From NCBI RefSeq assembly GCF_020745735.1, contig NC_083423.1, positions 33,666,001 through 33,730,000 on the forward strand: DNA of 64,000 nt, written 5' to 3'. The notes beneath the pieces are model-generated. The model was not told where the DNA came from and ran no database searches. It worked only from the letters and a program-made list of their open reading frames with translations. Source of the DNA: Hemiscyllium ocellatum. Taxonomy: Eukaryota. The translations under genes were made by a program, and so were the position numbers. Position 1 is the stretch's first letter. Each line of letters starts with the position of its first letter. This document shows, one piece after another, positions 24,720-37,364 of the stretch.

Positions 24720-25660
24720 GGATTTTTGAGGAGATAACAAGGTAGATTGATAAGGGTGGTACAGCTGATGAGATCTATGTGCATTTTGGCAAGACTTTTG
24801 TCAAGATTCCACATGACAGACTAAGAAACTATTTTTAAAAATCTCCTGCAGCATGTAGCAAGTGGAATACAAAATCGGCTCAGTGGCAGGGAGGAAAGGT
24901 TAATAGTTGACTGGTCTATCTTGCAACTAGAATGTTTTTTTCCAGTCAAGTTCCACAGGGCTATGTTCTCATTTCATTACTTTTTCCTGCATATATTAGA
25001 GAATAACTGGTTGGCATAGTGCCTCAGTGGTTAGCACCGCTGCCTCACAGTGGCAGACACCACCGTTTGGGTGACTGCCAATGTAGAGTTTGTACATAGT
25101 CCCTGTGACTTCATGGGTTTCCTCCAGGTGCACTGGTTTCCCCCCCACACTCAAAAAAATGGGAAAGGCAGAGTTACAGGGACAGGGTGGGTGTGGGTCT
25201 TCGGTGGGTCACTGTGGACTCAATGAACTAAATGGCCTGCTTTCACGCCCCAAGGATTCTATAACTAGACATAAATGTAGGGGGTATGATATAGGAGTTA
25301 ATGACCCAAAAGTTGGCCCTGTATTCAATAGTGAGGAAGGAAGCTATAGACTGAAGGAAAATATCAATGGACTGGACATTTCATCTGAAAAGTGCCACAC
25401 GGAATTCAATTTGCAGAGACCAAACAAGGCAAAGAACCACACAATAAATCGCAGGATATTGAAAGCTGTAGAGGATTGCAATGACCCCATTTGCCAGAAG
25501 ATAACAGCATAAGTTGATAAGGTGGTTGGGTAAGTATATGAAAAATTTTCTTGTTTTAGTTTAAGTATAGAATACAAGAGCAGGGAGCTTATGCTGCATT
25601 TACCTAAAACACTAGTTAGATAATAAATTGAGTGCTATATGCAGCTCTGGTTACGTCACG
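24720..25660 (+). mobile_element. Degenerate CR1 RT fragment with a nested SINE
   Basis: Decayed D..Y.DF.K.F.K.PH-like segment at ~24760-24815; continues after the SINE. Confidence 0.55.
25012..25265 (+). mobile_element. HE1-type SINE (internally deleted)
   Basis: TGGCATAGTGCCTCAGTGGTTAGCACCGCTGCCTCACAG head; GGGTTTCCTCCAGGTGCACTGGTTTCC. Confidence 0.75.
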
Positions 25661-26065
25661 AATCCTGAGAGGTGAAGAACAAGTGATACCTCAACAGCAC
25701 AACAGAACGTATTCACTTTATAAAATGCAAATACTTAGATGAGGCAAGTCAACAACTAGCAAAGAAAGTAATTCAAACAGCAGATAGTAAATATCATTGT
25801 CAGCACTGTTGAACAGCAGAGTCATACCAGCATAGGCAATCCCCAAATATGACAAAAAAAAATTGCATTCATAAAACCATCAATTCCATAAAATGTGTAG
25901 AAGTAGGGCACAGTTTCAGAGCAAGAAGCTAAATGCTTACTAATGCCAAGAGGTTTCCACAACTGGACCACATCCATTAGAAAAGGTAACTGCATTATAT
26001 GATATACCTCCATTAAAAATGCCTAAGGCATTCCTAGGTCAAATTGGTGATCATGATTATTCAAG

Positions 26066-26254
26066 ATTTGGAGATGCCGGTGTTGGACTGGAGTGTACAA
26101 AGTTCAAAATCACACAACACCAGGTTATAGTCCATCAGGTTTAATTGGAAGCACACTAGCTTTCGGAGCGACGCTCAGGAGAGTCTGTCTGAAAGCTAGT
26201 GTACTTCCAATTAAACCTGTTGGACTATAACCTGGTGTTGTGTGATTTTTAACT
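26066..26254. mobile_element. PLE family C fold-back insertion, 13-bp TSD
   Basis: TSD ATGATTATTCAAG at 26053-26065 and 26255-26267; inverted arms meet inside hammerhead stem II (GGAGCGACGCTC / GAAAGCTAGTG). Confidence 0.85.
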
Positions 26255-27812
26255 ATGATTATTCAAGTTTGATTATGTCAATGGACATTTGATTACATTT
26301 AAACTTGATTTGGGCTGTGTTACTGTCCTATCAGACTAAATACCGTGGCTGAAGAACAAATTAAAATCTACTTTGGTGATAAAATGTTGTGCAGTGGGAA
26401 TACTCTCATGGTCATACAAATACTATATGTAACACAACTACACAAAGAGCAAAGAGTATGGGAAATGTTGAGATGATTGACAATTAACCTTCTCACTTTT
26501 GAATCTGCATTCATGACTTGACTTCAACATTGTTAAGATGTGATTTTAACTAGTTATTCAATAAAAAACTGATTCAGAAACAAATTATTGTTGACCAACT
26601 CATCAAATGTAACTGGTAGAAGATTCCATTGGGCTTCCTAGACTCATGGTAAAACCCAAACTATAAAAGAATTCATTGAGATTATTCATGCTGGTACAAG
26701 AGAATTGACACTGTCAAAATGAAGGAAATCACAAATTTTACAGGAATGAAAAATGTTTTTGAACAAACTTTCAATCCATCAGTTCTCAAGGCAGAATTGT
26801 TAGTGCTAGTAATAGAGATGATGTAGGTGAGCAGGAATCCTCCAGAAAAATGGCTGGAGATGTATGATTGTCTAATTCACAGAAAGACATTCACAAAGGG
26901 TGAATGAAGCCATCCAACCTAATCAACAAATTGAAGTAAAGCGGTAATATACTTTAACTCAGATGTATTGTAGATTGAGAGTGAAGATGTGCTTGAACAA
27001 AATGGAGATGATCTATATACAATTCTATGAAAGTCAGACCAACACCCAAAAGTTCCGGCACATGGTCAAAACAAAATTACCTGATCTGATCATCCAGGTT
27101 TCTGCAAAAAAAATACCTACTCAGATTCAAACAATTTTTTTAACTCCAGAAATTGTGGAAACAACAATGAAGAAAATTCTTGTTTAAATTCAATGTTTGT
27201 CTTCCATGATGGGTTTTAATGAGATTGAACATCTTCCAGATGATGTCCTGGGTAGCTAGCTGAATCAACAGTGAAGGGTGCCTCTCACTGGATGGGAGGG
27301 TCAACTGAGAGGAGGATGCAGAGACGTTTCAGTGTAATTTGGGCAAGCAGAGGGAGTGGGCATATGAATGGCAGATGAAATATAATGTGGATAAATGTGA
27401 GGTCATCCACTTTGTTAGAAAAAAGAGAAAAGTGGAATATTACCTGAATAGTGGTATATTGGAAAAGGGGGGATAAAACCACTCCTATCTTCTATGTTCT
27501 ATATTTAAGAAAAGAACTGTTGGGAGGTTAAAGGTCCTCACAATAAGCTAACAGACCAACTGTTGTCCTTAGCAGGAACAACATTTTTTCCAATTGTTGT
27601 GCAAGCAATTAAATATCTTCCAGTGAAGAAAAGTTCATAGACCAATCAAAGTCAAATTCAAAATCAAGATTTAAGATATAATAATGCAGCAACACAAAGA
27701 CAAAAATGTTTATGCAATTTGCAGTTATGGATTCTAATTTCTGAGACTGCATACATATTTTGATATCAACAGCTCAGAAAAAGTTGGATTTGTTAACTAA
27801 GAACAGCTAGCT

Positions 27813-27911
27813 TAGAGCTGAAAATGTGTTGCTGGTCAAAGCACAGCAGGCCAGGCAGCATCTCAGGAATAGGGAATTCGACGTTTCGAGCATAAGCCCT
27901 TCATCAGAAAT
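27813..27911 (-). mobile_element. Neptune pLTR micro-fragment with a near-intact hammerhead (27876-27911)
   Basis: Reverse complement ATTT-CTGATGA-A-GGGC-TTAT-GCTC-GAAA-CG-TC-GAAT, followed by a 3' tail matching 35190-35251. Confidence 0.85.
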
Positions 27912-28579
27912 AACTTTGTTGACCAACCAGTCAAGGTGCAATCTGTGTAGGATTTCTTTGGGCTTCTTAGACTCATGGCATAATGTAAACAATAAAACAA
28001 TCTATTGAGGTTATCTATGCTGGCATAATAGATTGTTTCATTGTCAACAGGAAGGAAGTCACAGCTATTTCAGGGATGGCTGCATTAAGTTACATTAAGC
28101 TCCACACAATCTGGTGATATCATCCTGTCTTCAGGCAGTACTTCTGGCAGCCTAACACAAGTTCCTGATGGAGATAAATATGTAATTTCTGGCTCCTTGC
28201 AGTCTTAAGTGATTTTGCCAAACTAATGTAATGCATGTGTACTTATTGTAATCATGCAATACACTAAAAATTGTTATGTGAGAAAAGTTCCTCTTTCTGT
28301 TGCGACATACCAGTTATGCCCTTAGATTCAAGATAGAAAGGAGGATTGTTTACAGCACCATACTTCAACCACCAATAACCCAATATAGGAGAAGCTAACC
28401 TACTTTCAGTTTCACTGCATGTTTATTGGGAGAGGTGTTCCTCACAGTTTAGAGATGGAATATTACTGAGGCAGAACAAGTGACTCCAAGCAGCACAGTG
28501 CTTCTGTTGGCAGACTGCAGGCAGTTACATATAAGTAGTAGTCTCGAGGGTTGGTGGTTCTTATCATAGAAGATTCTTA

Positions 28580-29220
28580 TCATAGAATCCCTGCATTGTG
28601 GAAACAGGCCATTTGGCCCAACAAATTAGGGCGGCACAGTGGCTCAGTGGCTAGCACTGCTGCCTCACACCACCAGAGCACCAGGTTCGATTCCAGCCTC
28701 GGGTAACTGGGTGGAGTTTGCACATTCTCCCTGTGTCTGCATGGATTTCCTCCGGGTGCTCCAGTTTCCTCCCACAATCCAAAAGATGTGCAGATCAGGT
28801 GAATTGGCCTTACTAAATTGCCCATAGTGTTAAGTCAATTAGTCAGAGGGAAAGTGGGTCAGGTTGGGTTACTCTTCTGAGGGTCGGTCTGGACTGGTTG
28901 GGCCGAAGGGTCTATTTCCATACTGTAAGGAATCTAATCTAAGTCCACACTGACCCTCCAAAGAGGAACCCACCGGACCCATTCCCCTATCTGATTACTC
29001 TATGTTTCCCATGACCTAACCTACATGCCCCTGAACACAATGGGCAATTTAGCATGGCCAATTCACGTAACCTGTACATCTTTGGGCTATGGGAGGAAAC
29101 CGGAGGAAACCCATGTAGACACATTGAGAATGTGCAAACTCCACACAGACAGTCACCCGAGGCTGGAATTGAACCCGGGTCCCGGCGCAGTAAGGCACAG
29201 TGCTGATCAGTGCCGCCCAC
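28580..29220 (-). mobile_element. HE1 SINE split by a second HE1 copy
   Basis: Tail 28580-28624 resumes as AAGTCCACACTGACC at 28941; head ends ~29220. Confidence 0.85.
28629..28942 (+). mobile_element. Full-length HE1 SINE
   Basis: A box TGGCTCAGTGG at 28640, B box GGTTCGATTCC at 28684, V-domain, HER1-like tail ending (AATCT)n. Confidence 0.92.
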
Positions 29221-29769
29221 TTTTTTTTAAATTACAGAATTCCTCACAGTGTTGTGGCTACTAGTTTGTCCTAAAAAGAAGCCCTGGTAACAATTCAGAG
29301 CTTAGCACAGCTGAGAGTGTGGTGAAGGATGCTCCAAGGTTTATTTACTGAAACTGAAACTGAAACTGGATGCTTAAAAGCAGTTGCAGGCGTACTTGGG
29401 AATTTGATTTCAAGAGAGGAAAATTAACCAATAAACCGTGAATAGCCATTGTCACATCGATTTGGTGAGGTTTTGTGGACATTCAACCTATAGATCTTTA
29501 AGAGTGAAAAATTGGAATCCCTTACAAAGGAGACAGACTTTTAATGCAATTTGGCATGCCGTGGTAACTATAACATCTCAGTGGGATCTGTCTAGTTTTC
29601 AGTGTCCAGTTAAAGTCTGTGGGTATCCTACAACATTTTTTTTTATCTTTTATTTATCTCATGCTAATGCTATTTGTTAGAGTCCGAGTTGGGCCTATAG
29701 TGTGTGAGGTTTAGAATCATTGACTTACCTGTTTAGTACATGGATCCAGTTATCAATGTTTAAATTTAG

Positions 29770-31830
29770 CATAGAACATAGATCAGGATAGTACAGTACA
29801 GGCCCTTCGACCCTTAATGTTGTGTCAAACTCTTATCCTACTCTAATGTGGCTGAGTTAACTACATTGGCAGGTAGGACATTCCGCATCCTTACACTCTC
29901 TGCGTAAAGAACCTGCCTCTGACATCTGTCTTAAGTTTGTCACCCCTCAGTTTGTAGCGATGCCCCCTCGTACAAGCTGATGTCATCATCCAAGGAAAAA
30001 GACTTCCAATGTCTTCCCTAATTAATCCTCTCATCATCTTGTATGTCTGTATCTTAGCCTTCTTCTTTCCAATGAGAACAGACCCAAGTCTCTCAGCCTT
30101 TCCTCACAAGATCTTCCCTCCAGACCAGGCTTTATCCTGATAAATCCCCTTGGCACCTTTTCCAATGCTTCTGCATCCTTTCTGCGATGACGCAACTAGA
30201 ACTGTACACAATATTCTAAGTGCGGCCACACTAGTGTTTTATATAGTGGCAACATGACATTATGGCTCCAGAACTCAATCCCCCTACCAATAAAACCTAA
30301 CACACCAAAAACCTTCGTAATGCACTATCAACCTATATGGCAACTTTCAGGGATCTATGTACATGGACTTCAAGATCCCTCTGCACATCCACATTACCAA
30401 GAATCTTTCCATTTACACAGCATTCGGCCTTTCTGTTATTTTTCCCAAAGTAAACCACCTCACATTAACCTGCACTGAACTCCATTTGCCACCTCTCTGC
30501 CCAATTCTGCAGTTTATCCAAGTCCCCCTGCAACATTCTTCCACACTATCCACCACTCTACAACTTTAGTATCATCTGCAAACTTACAAACTCATCCACC
30601 AATGCCTGAATCTAAGTTATTCATAAAAATGACAACCAAAACTGATCCTTGTGGCACACCACTAGTAACCGGACTCCAGGCTGAGTATTTTCCATCAACC
30701 ATTACTCGCTGCCTTCTTACAGAAAACCAGTTTGAAATCCAAACTGCTAAATCACCCTCAATCCCATGCCTCTGCATTTTCTCCAACAGCCTACCATGTG
30801 GAACCTTATCAAAGGCTTTCCTGAAGTCCACGTACACCACGCTAACTGCCCTACCCTCATTTACATGCTTGGTCAGCTTCCCAAAAAACCCAATGAGGTT
30901 TGTGAGACATGATCTGCCATTGATGAAACCATGTTGACTATTTCCAACCAAGTTGTTGGTTGTGAGATGATTATAAATCCTATCTCTTATAATCCTTTCC
31001 AAAGTTTTTCCTACAAGAGAAGTAAGGCTCACTGGTCTATAATTATCTGGGTTATCTCTACTGCCCTTCTTGAACAAGGGCACAACATTTGCAATCCTCC
31101 AGTCCTCTGGTACTAAACCTGTAGACAATGATGACTCAAAGATCAAAGCCAAAGACTCCAACACCTCCCCCATAGCTTCACAGAGAATCCTTGGATAAAT
31201 CCCTTCCAGCCCAAGCGACTTGTCTACTTTCACTTCTTCTAGAATTGATAACACCTCTTCCTTACAAACCTCGATCCTTTCTCATCTAATATCTCGTATC
31301 TTAGTCTTCTCCTCTACAATATTCTCTTTTTCCTGAGAGAAAACTGATAAGAAATATCCGGTTAACACCTCTCTGATCTCCATAGAGTCCACACTCAAAT
31401 TTCCACTTCCATCTTTGATTGGCCCTATTCCTACCCTAATTATCTTTTTATTCCTCATATACCTATAAAAAGCTTTAGGGTTCTTCTTTATTGTATCTGC
31501 TAAAGACTGCTTATGTCCTCTCTCTTTGCTCTTCTTAACTCTCTCTTTAAATCCTTCCTAACTAATCTGTAACTCTCCATCGCCTCATTTGAACCATCTC
31601 ATCTCATCGACAAATAAGCCTCCTTCTTCTGTTTACCAAGAGATGCAATTTCTGTAGTAAACCACGGTTCCCTTGCCTTATCACTTCCTCCCTACCTTAT
31701 AAGTACATACCTATCAAGGACATGTAATATCTGTCCCTTAAACCAGCTCCACATTTCGATTGTCTCCATCCCCTGCATTTTGCTACCCCATTGTATGCAT
31801 CCTAAGTCTTGCCTAATCACATTATAATTG
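29770..31830 (-). mobile_element. CR1 LINE ORF2 fragment (RT, decayed)
   Basis: ORF 30592-31254 PEDWRIANVVPLFKKG...NYRPVSLTS...QHGF..GRSCLTNL...DFRKAFDKVPH...SGVPQGSVL. Confidence 0.93.
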
Positions 31831-31839
31831 CGCTGGCCT

Positions 31840-32948
31840 CTTCATAGTCCTATCTTCCATGTGCCTGTCCAAGAGTCTCTTAAATGTCCCTAATGTATCT
31901 AACTCTATGGCCACCATTGGCAGTGCATTCCATGCACCCCCACTATCTTTGTAAAGAATCTACCTCTAACACCTCCCCTAAACCTTCCTCCAATCACCTT
32001 AAAACTATTCCCCTGCTGTGGTAGACATTTCCTCCCTAGAAAAATAGTCTCTGGCTAGCCACTCTATCTATGCTTCTCATCATCTTGTACATCTCTATCA
32101 AGTCACCATCCATTCTTCTTCACTCCAGTGAGAAAAGACCTAGCTCCCTCAACCTTACTTCATAAGACATGAGCTCCAGTCCAGGCGGCATCTTGGTAAA
32201 TGTCCTCTGCACCCACTCTAAAGCTTTCACATCTTTCCTATAATGAGGTGACCAGAACTGAACAAAATATTCCAAGTGTGATCTAAGCAAGGCTCTATAG
32301 AATTGTGGCATAACTTGCAGTTCTTAAACTCTTTACAATCCTATCAACTTGGCTGGCAACTTTGAGGGATCTCTGAACATGGACCCCAAGAGCCCTCTGT
32401 TCTTCCACATTACCAAATATCCTGCCTTTAACCCTGCATTCTGCATTCAAATTCGACCTTCCAAAATGAATCACTTCATACTTTTCCAGGTTGAACTCCA
32501 TTTGCCACTTATCAGCCCAGTTCTGCATCTTGTCAATGTCTTGTTGCAACCGACAACAGCCCTCCACACTATCCACTCCTATCAACCTTCATGCAATCCG
32601 CAAACTTAGTACCCAACCCTTCCACTTCCTCAGCCTAGTCATTTATAAAAATCACAGAGAGTAGAGATCCCAGAACAGATCCCTGTAGAAGACGACTGAT
32701 CACCAAGATCCAGGCTGAATGCTTTCCATCTATGATTATCCTCTGTCCTCTGTGGGCCAGCCAGTTCTATATCCAGACAGCCAGATTTGCCTGTATCCTA
32801 TGCTTCCTTACATTTTGAATGAGCCTACCGTGGGGAACCTTATCAAATATCTTGTTAACATCCATGTACACCACATCTACTGCTCTACCTGTATCAATGT
32901 GTTTTGTCACATCCTCAAAGAATTCAATAAGGTTTGTGAGACATGACC
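31840..32948 (-). mobile_element. CR1 LINE fragment, 3' part, split by the Neptune insertion
   Basis: LQQDIDKMQNWADKWQMEFN; SCLTNLIEFFEDVTK; breaks at GAGACATGACC. Confidence 0.9.
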
Positions 32949-35023
32949 CACGACCCTTCTCCCGCCTCCAACACACCCCATCCACCTGGACACCCCGTGC
33001 TGGCCTCCTACCCGCCCTCGACCTCTTTATAGCCAACTGCCGCCGTGACATTAACCGACTCAACCTGTCCACCCCTCTCACCCACTCCAACCTCTCACCC
33101 TCAGAACGTGCAGCCCTCCACTCCCTCCGCTCCAATCCCAACCTCACCATCAAACCCGCAGACAAGGGAGGCGCGGTGGTAGTTTGGCGCACTGACCTTT
33201 ATACCGCTGAGGCCAAACGCCAGCTCGTGGACGCCTCCTCTTATCGCCCCCTTGACCATGACCCCACCTCCCACCACCAAACCATCATCTCCCAGACCAT
33301 CCAGGACCTCATCACCTCAGGGGATCTCCCATCCACCGCCTCCAACCTCATAGTCCCACAACCCCGCACCGCCCGTTTCTACCTCCTGCCCAAAATCCAC
33401 AAACCTGCCTGCCCCGGCCGACCTATTGTCTCAGCCTGCTCCTGCCCCACCGAACTCATCTCCCAATACCTCAACACGGTCCTGTCCCCTTTAGTCCAAG
33501 AACTCCCCACTTACGTTCAGGACACCACCCACGCCCTCCACCTCCTCCAGGATTTTCGCTTCCCCGGTCCCCAACGCCTTATTTTCACGATGGACATCCA
33601 GTCCCTGTACACCTCCATCCCCCATCACGAAGGACTCAAAGCCCTCCGCTTCTTCCTTTCCCGCCGCACCAACCAGTACCCTTCCACTGACACCCTCCTT
33701 CGACTGACTGAACTGGTCCTCACCCTGAATAACTTCTCTTTTCAATCCTCCCACTTCCTCCAAACTAAAGGAGTTGCCATGGGCACCCGCATGGGCCCCA
33801 GCTATGCCTGCCTCTTCGTAGGATATGTGGAACAGTCCATCTTCCGCAACTACACTGGCACCACCCCCCACCTTTTCCTCCGCTACATCGATGACTGTAT
33901 TGGCGCGGCCTCGTGCTCCCACGAGGAAGTTGAACAGTTCATCAACTTTACTAACACCTTCCATCCCGACCTGAAATTCACCTGGACTGTCTCAGACTCC
34001 TCCCTCCCCTTCCTAGACCTTTCCATCTCTATCTCGGGCGACCGACTCAACACAGGCATCTACTATAAACCGACTGACTCCCACAGCTACCTGGACTACA
34101 CCTCCTCCCACCCTGCCCCCTGCAAAAACTCCATCCCATATTCCCAATTCCTTCGTCTCTGCCGCATCTGCTCCCAGGAGGACCAGTTCCAACACCGCAC
34201 AGCCCAGATGGCCTCCTTCTTCAAGGACCGCAGATTCCCCCCAGACGTGATAGACGATGCCCTCCACCGCATCTCCTCCACTTCCCGCTCCTCCACCCTT
34301 GAGCCCCGCTCCTCCAACCGCCACCAAGACAGAACCACACTGGTTCTCACCTACCACCCCACCAACCTCCGCATACAACGTATCATCCGCTGCCATTTCC
34401 GCCACCTCCAAACGGACCCCACCACCAAGGATATATTTCCCTCCCCTCCCCTATCAGCATTCCGCAAGGACCACTCCCTTCATGACTCCCTGATCAGATC
34501 CACACCCCCCACCAACCCAACCTCCACCCCCGGCACTTACCCCTGCAACCGCAGGAAATGTAAAACTTGCGCCCACACCTCCACACTCACTTCCCTCCAA
34601 GGCCCCAAGGGATCCTTCCATATCCGCCACAAGTTCACCTGTACCTCCACACATATCATCTATTGCATCAGCTGCACCTGATGTGGCCTCTTCTATATTG
34701 GGGAGACAGGCCGCTTACTTGCGGAATGCTTCAGAGAACACCTCTGGGCCGCCCGGACCAACCAACCCAATCACCCCGTGGCTCAACACTTTAACTCTCC
34801 CTCCCACTCCACCGAGGACATGCAGGTCCTTGGACTTCTCCACCGGCAGAACATAACAACACGACGGCTGGAGGAGGAGCGCCTCATCTTCCGCCTGGGA
34901 ACCCTCCAACCACAAGGTATGAATTCAGATTTCTCCAGTTTCCTCATTTCCCCTCCCCCCACCTTGTCTCAGTCGGTTCCCTCAACTCAGCACCGCCCTC
35001 CTAACCTGCAATCTCCTTCCTGA
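32949..35023 (+). pseudogene. PLE polyprotein (reverse transcriptase + Cys-rich linker + GIY-YIG endonuclease), single in-frame stop at 34679-34681
   Basis: IKPADKGG, PKIHK..PGRPIV, DIQSLYTSIP, GVAMGTRMGP, RYIDD (33884-33895), CNRRKCKTC linker, IIY...YIGET; ORF 34778-35023 is in the same frame. Confidence 0.93.
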
Positions 35024-35251
35024 CCTCTCCGCCCCCACCCCACTCCGGCCTATCACCCTCACCTTGACCTCCTTCCACCTATCCCACCTCCATCGCCCCT
35101 CCCCCAAGTCCCTCCTCCCTACCTTTTATCTTAGCCTGCTTGGCTACTCTCTCTCATTCCTGATGAAGGGCTTATGCTTGAGACATCGAATTCCCTATTC
35201 CTGAGATGCTGCCTGGCCTGCTGTGCTTTGACCAGCAACACATTTTCAGCT
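32949..35251 (+). mobile_element. Penelope-like element, Neptune clade, 5'-truncated, young
   Basis: RT and GIY-YIG ORF followed by a C-rich 3' UTR with a mutated hammerhead (35156-35191); the CR1 sequence resumes at TTCCCCTTACAAAGCCATG. Confidence 0.95.
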
Positions 35252-35620
35252 TCCCCTTACAAAGCCATGCTGACTATCTCTAATCAAACTGATTTTCCAA
35301 ATAATCATAAATCCTGTTTCACAAAATCCTGTCTAGTAATATGCTCACCACAAACATAAGACTGACTGGTCTATAGTTCCCAGGGTTATCCTATTCCCTT
35401 TCTTGAACAAGGGAATAACATTTGGCACCCTTCAACCTCCAGTGGACAGTGAGGATGCAAAGATCATCTTCCCTTGTTTCCCTTAGGAACCTTGGGTACA
35501 TCTCATCTGGCCCAGAGGTCTTATTAATCCTTATGTTTTTCCAAATTTTCATCATATCTTCCTTCTTAACATCAACCTGTTCAAGCATATCAGACTTTTT
35601 CATGCTTTTCTCACAGATTC
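35252..35620 (-). mobile_element. CR1 fragment, 5' part of the copy split by the Neptune element
   Basis: KTSGPDEMYPRFLRE; continuity with 32948. Confidence 0.85.
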
Positions 35621-37364
35621 ATTTTAATTGCATTTTATCATTTTTTTCAGCATTTCAATTTAATCTGGAAACAATATTTTGTATCCTTGCAACAAGTATA
35701 CCCTCAAAATTAATGTGAAAGTTGGACAGGCTTTCAGACCTCACAATCAGTTCCATGTCTTTAAAGCTTTGATTTCACTTTTGGTTTTTATTTGTTTTTG
35801 TTTTCCTTTTAAAGTTAATAAATATTGATTCCAAAATACTGCTGTGCAAGGTATCACAAGTCAAGTTCTTGTCTTGACTTTAACTGCTAACCCCAATAAC
35901 AACTGGGATGAGGAAGCCCATACCTTATGTGATATCCATAAATGAAATGCACTGCTGGAACACCAAAGGGCTGATTGCCTGTAGGGTTGATAGAAGGCCC
36001 CTTGGCTGAGATAGATGGATGCTGGGAGCCTTGGAAGAATATTGAATCTGTCACTGCATTAACCATAAAAACATGACTATCATATAGTTCTGATTGTGAT
36101 AGCTTGTTGCTGGTATCTCTAATCTCTCCACCATGGAAATCTCGACACACAACCAACAGCATAATGAAATTGCATCTTCATTTGTCTTCCAGTGGACTCA
36201 TGTCAGAGTTGGATAGAACATGACTTAAGTAGCAATAGATTTTTGGGACTGTTATATAGAATGGGAGTTTACATTATGAATTCTATGTAAGTAGATGCTT
36301 TCATATTGCCTGGCTATTCACGAACAGTTAGTTCTTTGGAATCTTGTCCACAATTATTAAGTTATTGGCAAGCTTTTGTTATTTTTGATTAAATGGGATT
36401 ATTTGGAAAAAAAAACAAGAAAAATCCCATTTCTATGGCTAATCTCCACCACACCGAACAAAAAAAGATATGCTTTCATATGATATCTTTTATGGTTTTA
36501 AGGTGTCCCAAAGAGCTTTATTGACAGGGGAATACTTCTGAAGTGTAAAGTAATGTAAGCAGAGCAGTTCAATAACACCGATGTCCCAAAGTACTGCAGA
36601 ATCATCTTCACTTGCAGTGTATTTGTAAGAGGACGAAGTATTAATTTGGTCTCAGCTCTGTAGAGATTGAAAAGAAGGATAACAGGAGCTAGGCTGATCA
36701 TGCATGATTAATGACAGCTGCAAATTTGTTTCACTCACCAGTTGACATTACCAGCAGGTAGAAGTTAAATACTTAGTCCCAACAGGTGTATTTATCCTCA
36801 GGGCACAGTGTTTTACAGGCTGGCTATTTTGCATAATGTGTCCCAGCTGACATTATATTTTCACTGAAAACCTTGGCTACAAAGAATACAGCAGGCAGCT
36901 GGAAGGAGCCAAATTCTCACCACTTGCCGTAATGTTAACCTGCAAATTTAAGTCTGCCTTTCTCTATGACACTGCACCACAGAACTTAAACGTCAAACAA
37001 AAACAAAACATTATTTATGAGTGAACCTTTGAACTGTATGTGATTCCTCCTTTGCATTTCTGGAAACTAAACAAAAAAGATCATACTCTTATTGTCCCTC
37101 AGTCTCCAAACATTTTCTCTACTGCAACGCTACAATGTTCTTACAATACTATATTTTATTGATGCTGCCATGACCAACAATGCTCTCCCCAAATTCATTT
37201 CCTAAATTTATAAGCTTCAAATATGCCATCAAACGTACACCACCACTTCAAAATCAATTATGTTAAATGAATGCTTGTCACAGAGTCTCGCTTTCCCTAG
37301 TCATTACTTTTCAGGAATTTATTAACATGTTTTTAGAAATTTTCTAACTCAATATGTCAATGCA

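Noticed and set aside
28629-28700. tRNA gene
   Set aside because: The A/B boxes continue into the HE1 V-domain and LINE-derived tail, so it is a SINE head
32819-32948. N-terminus of the 620-aa ORF as a genuine start
   Set aside because: The first ~43 codons are antisense CR1 sequence fused by chance to the truncated PLE frame
34679-34681. In-frame TGA as selenocysteine or programmed read-through
   Set aside because: The homologous position in the 8793-9775 copy is Arg (CSRCG); CGA>TGA CpG decay explains it
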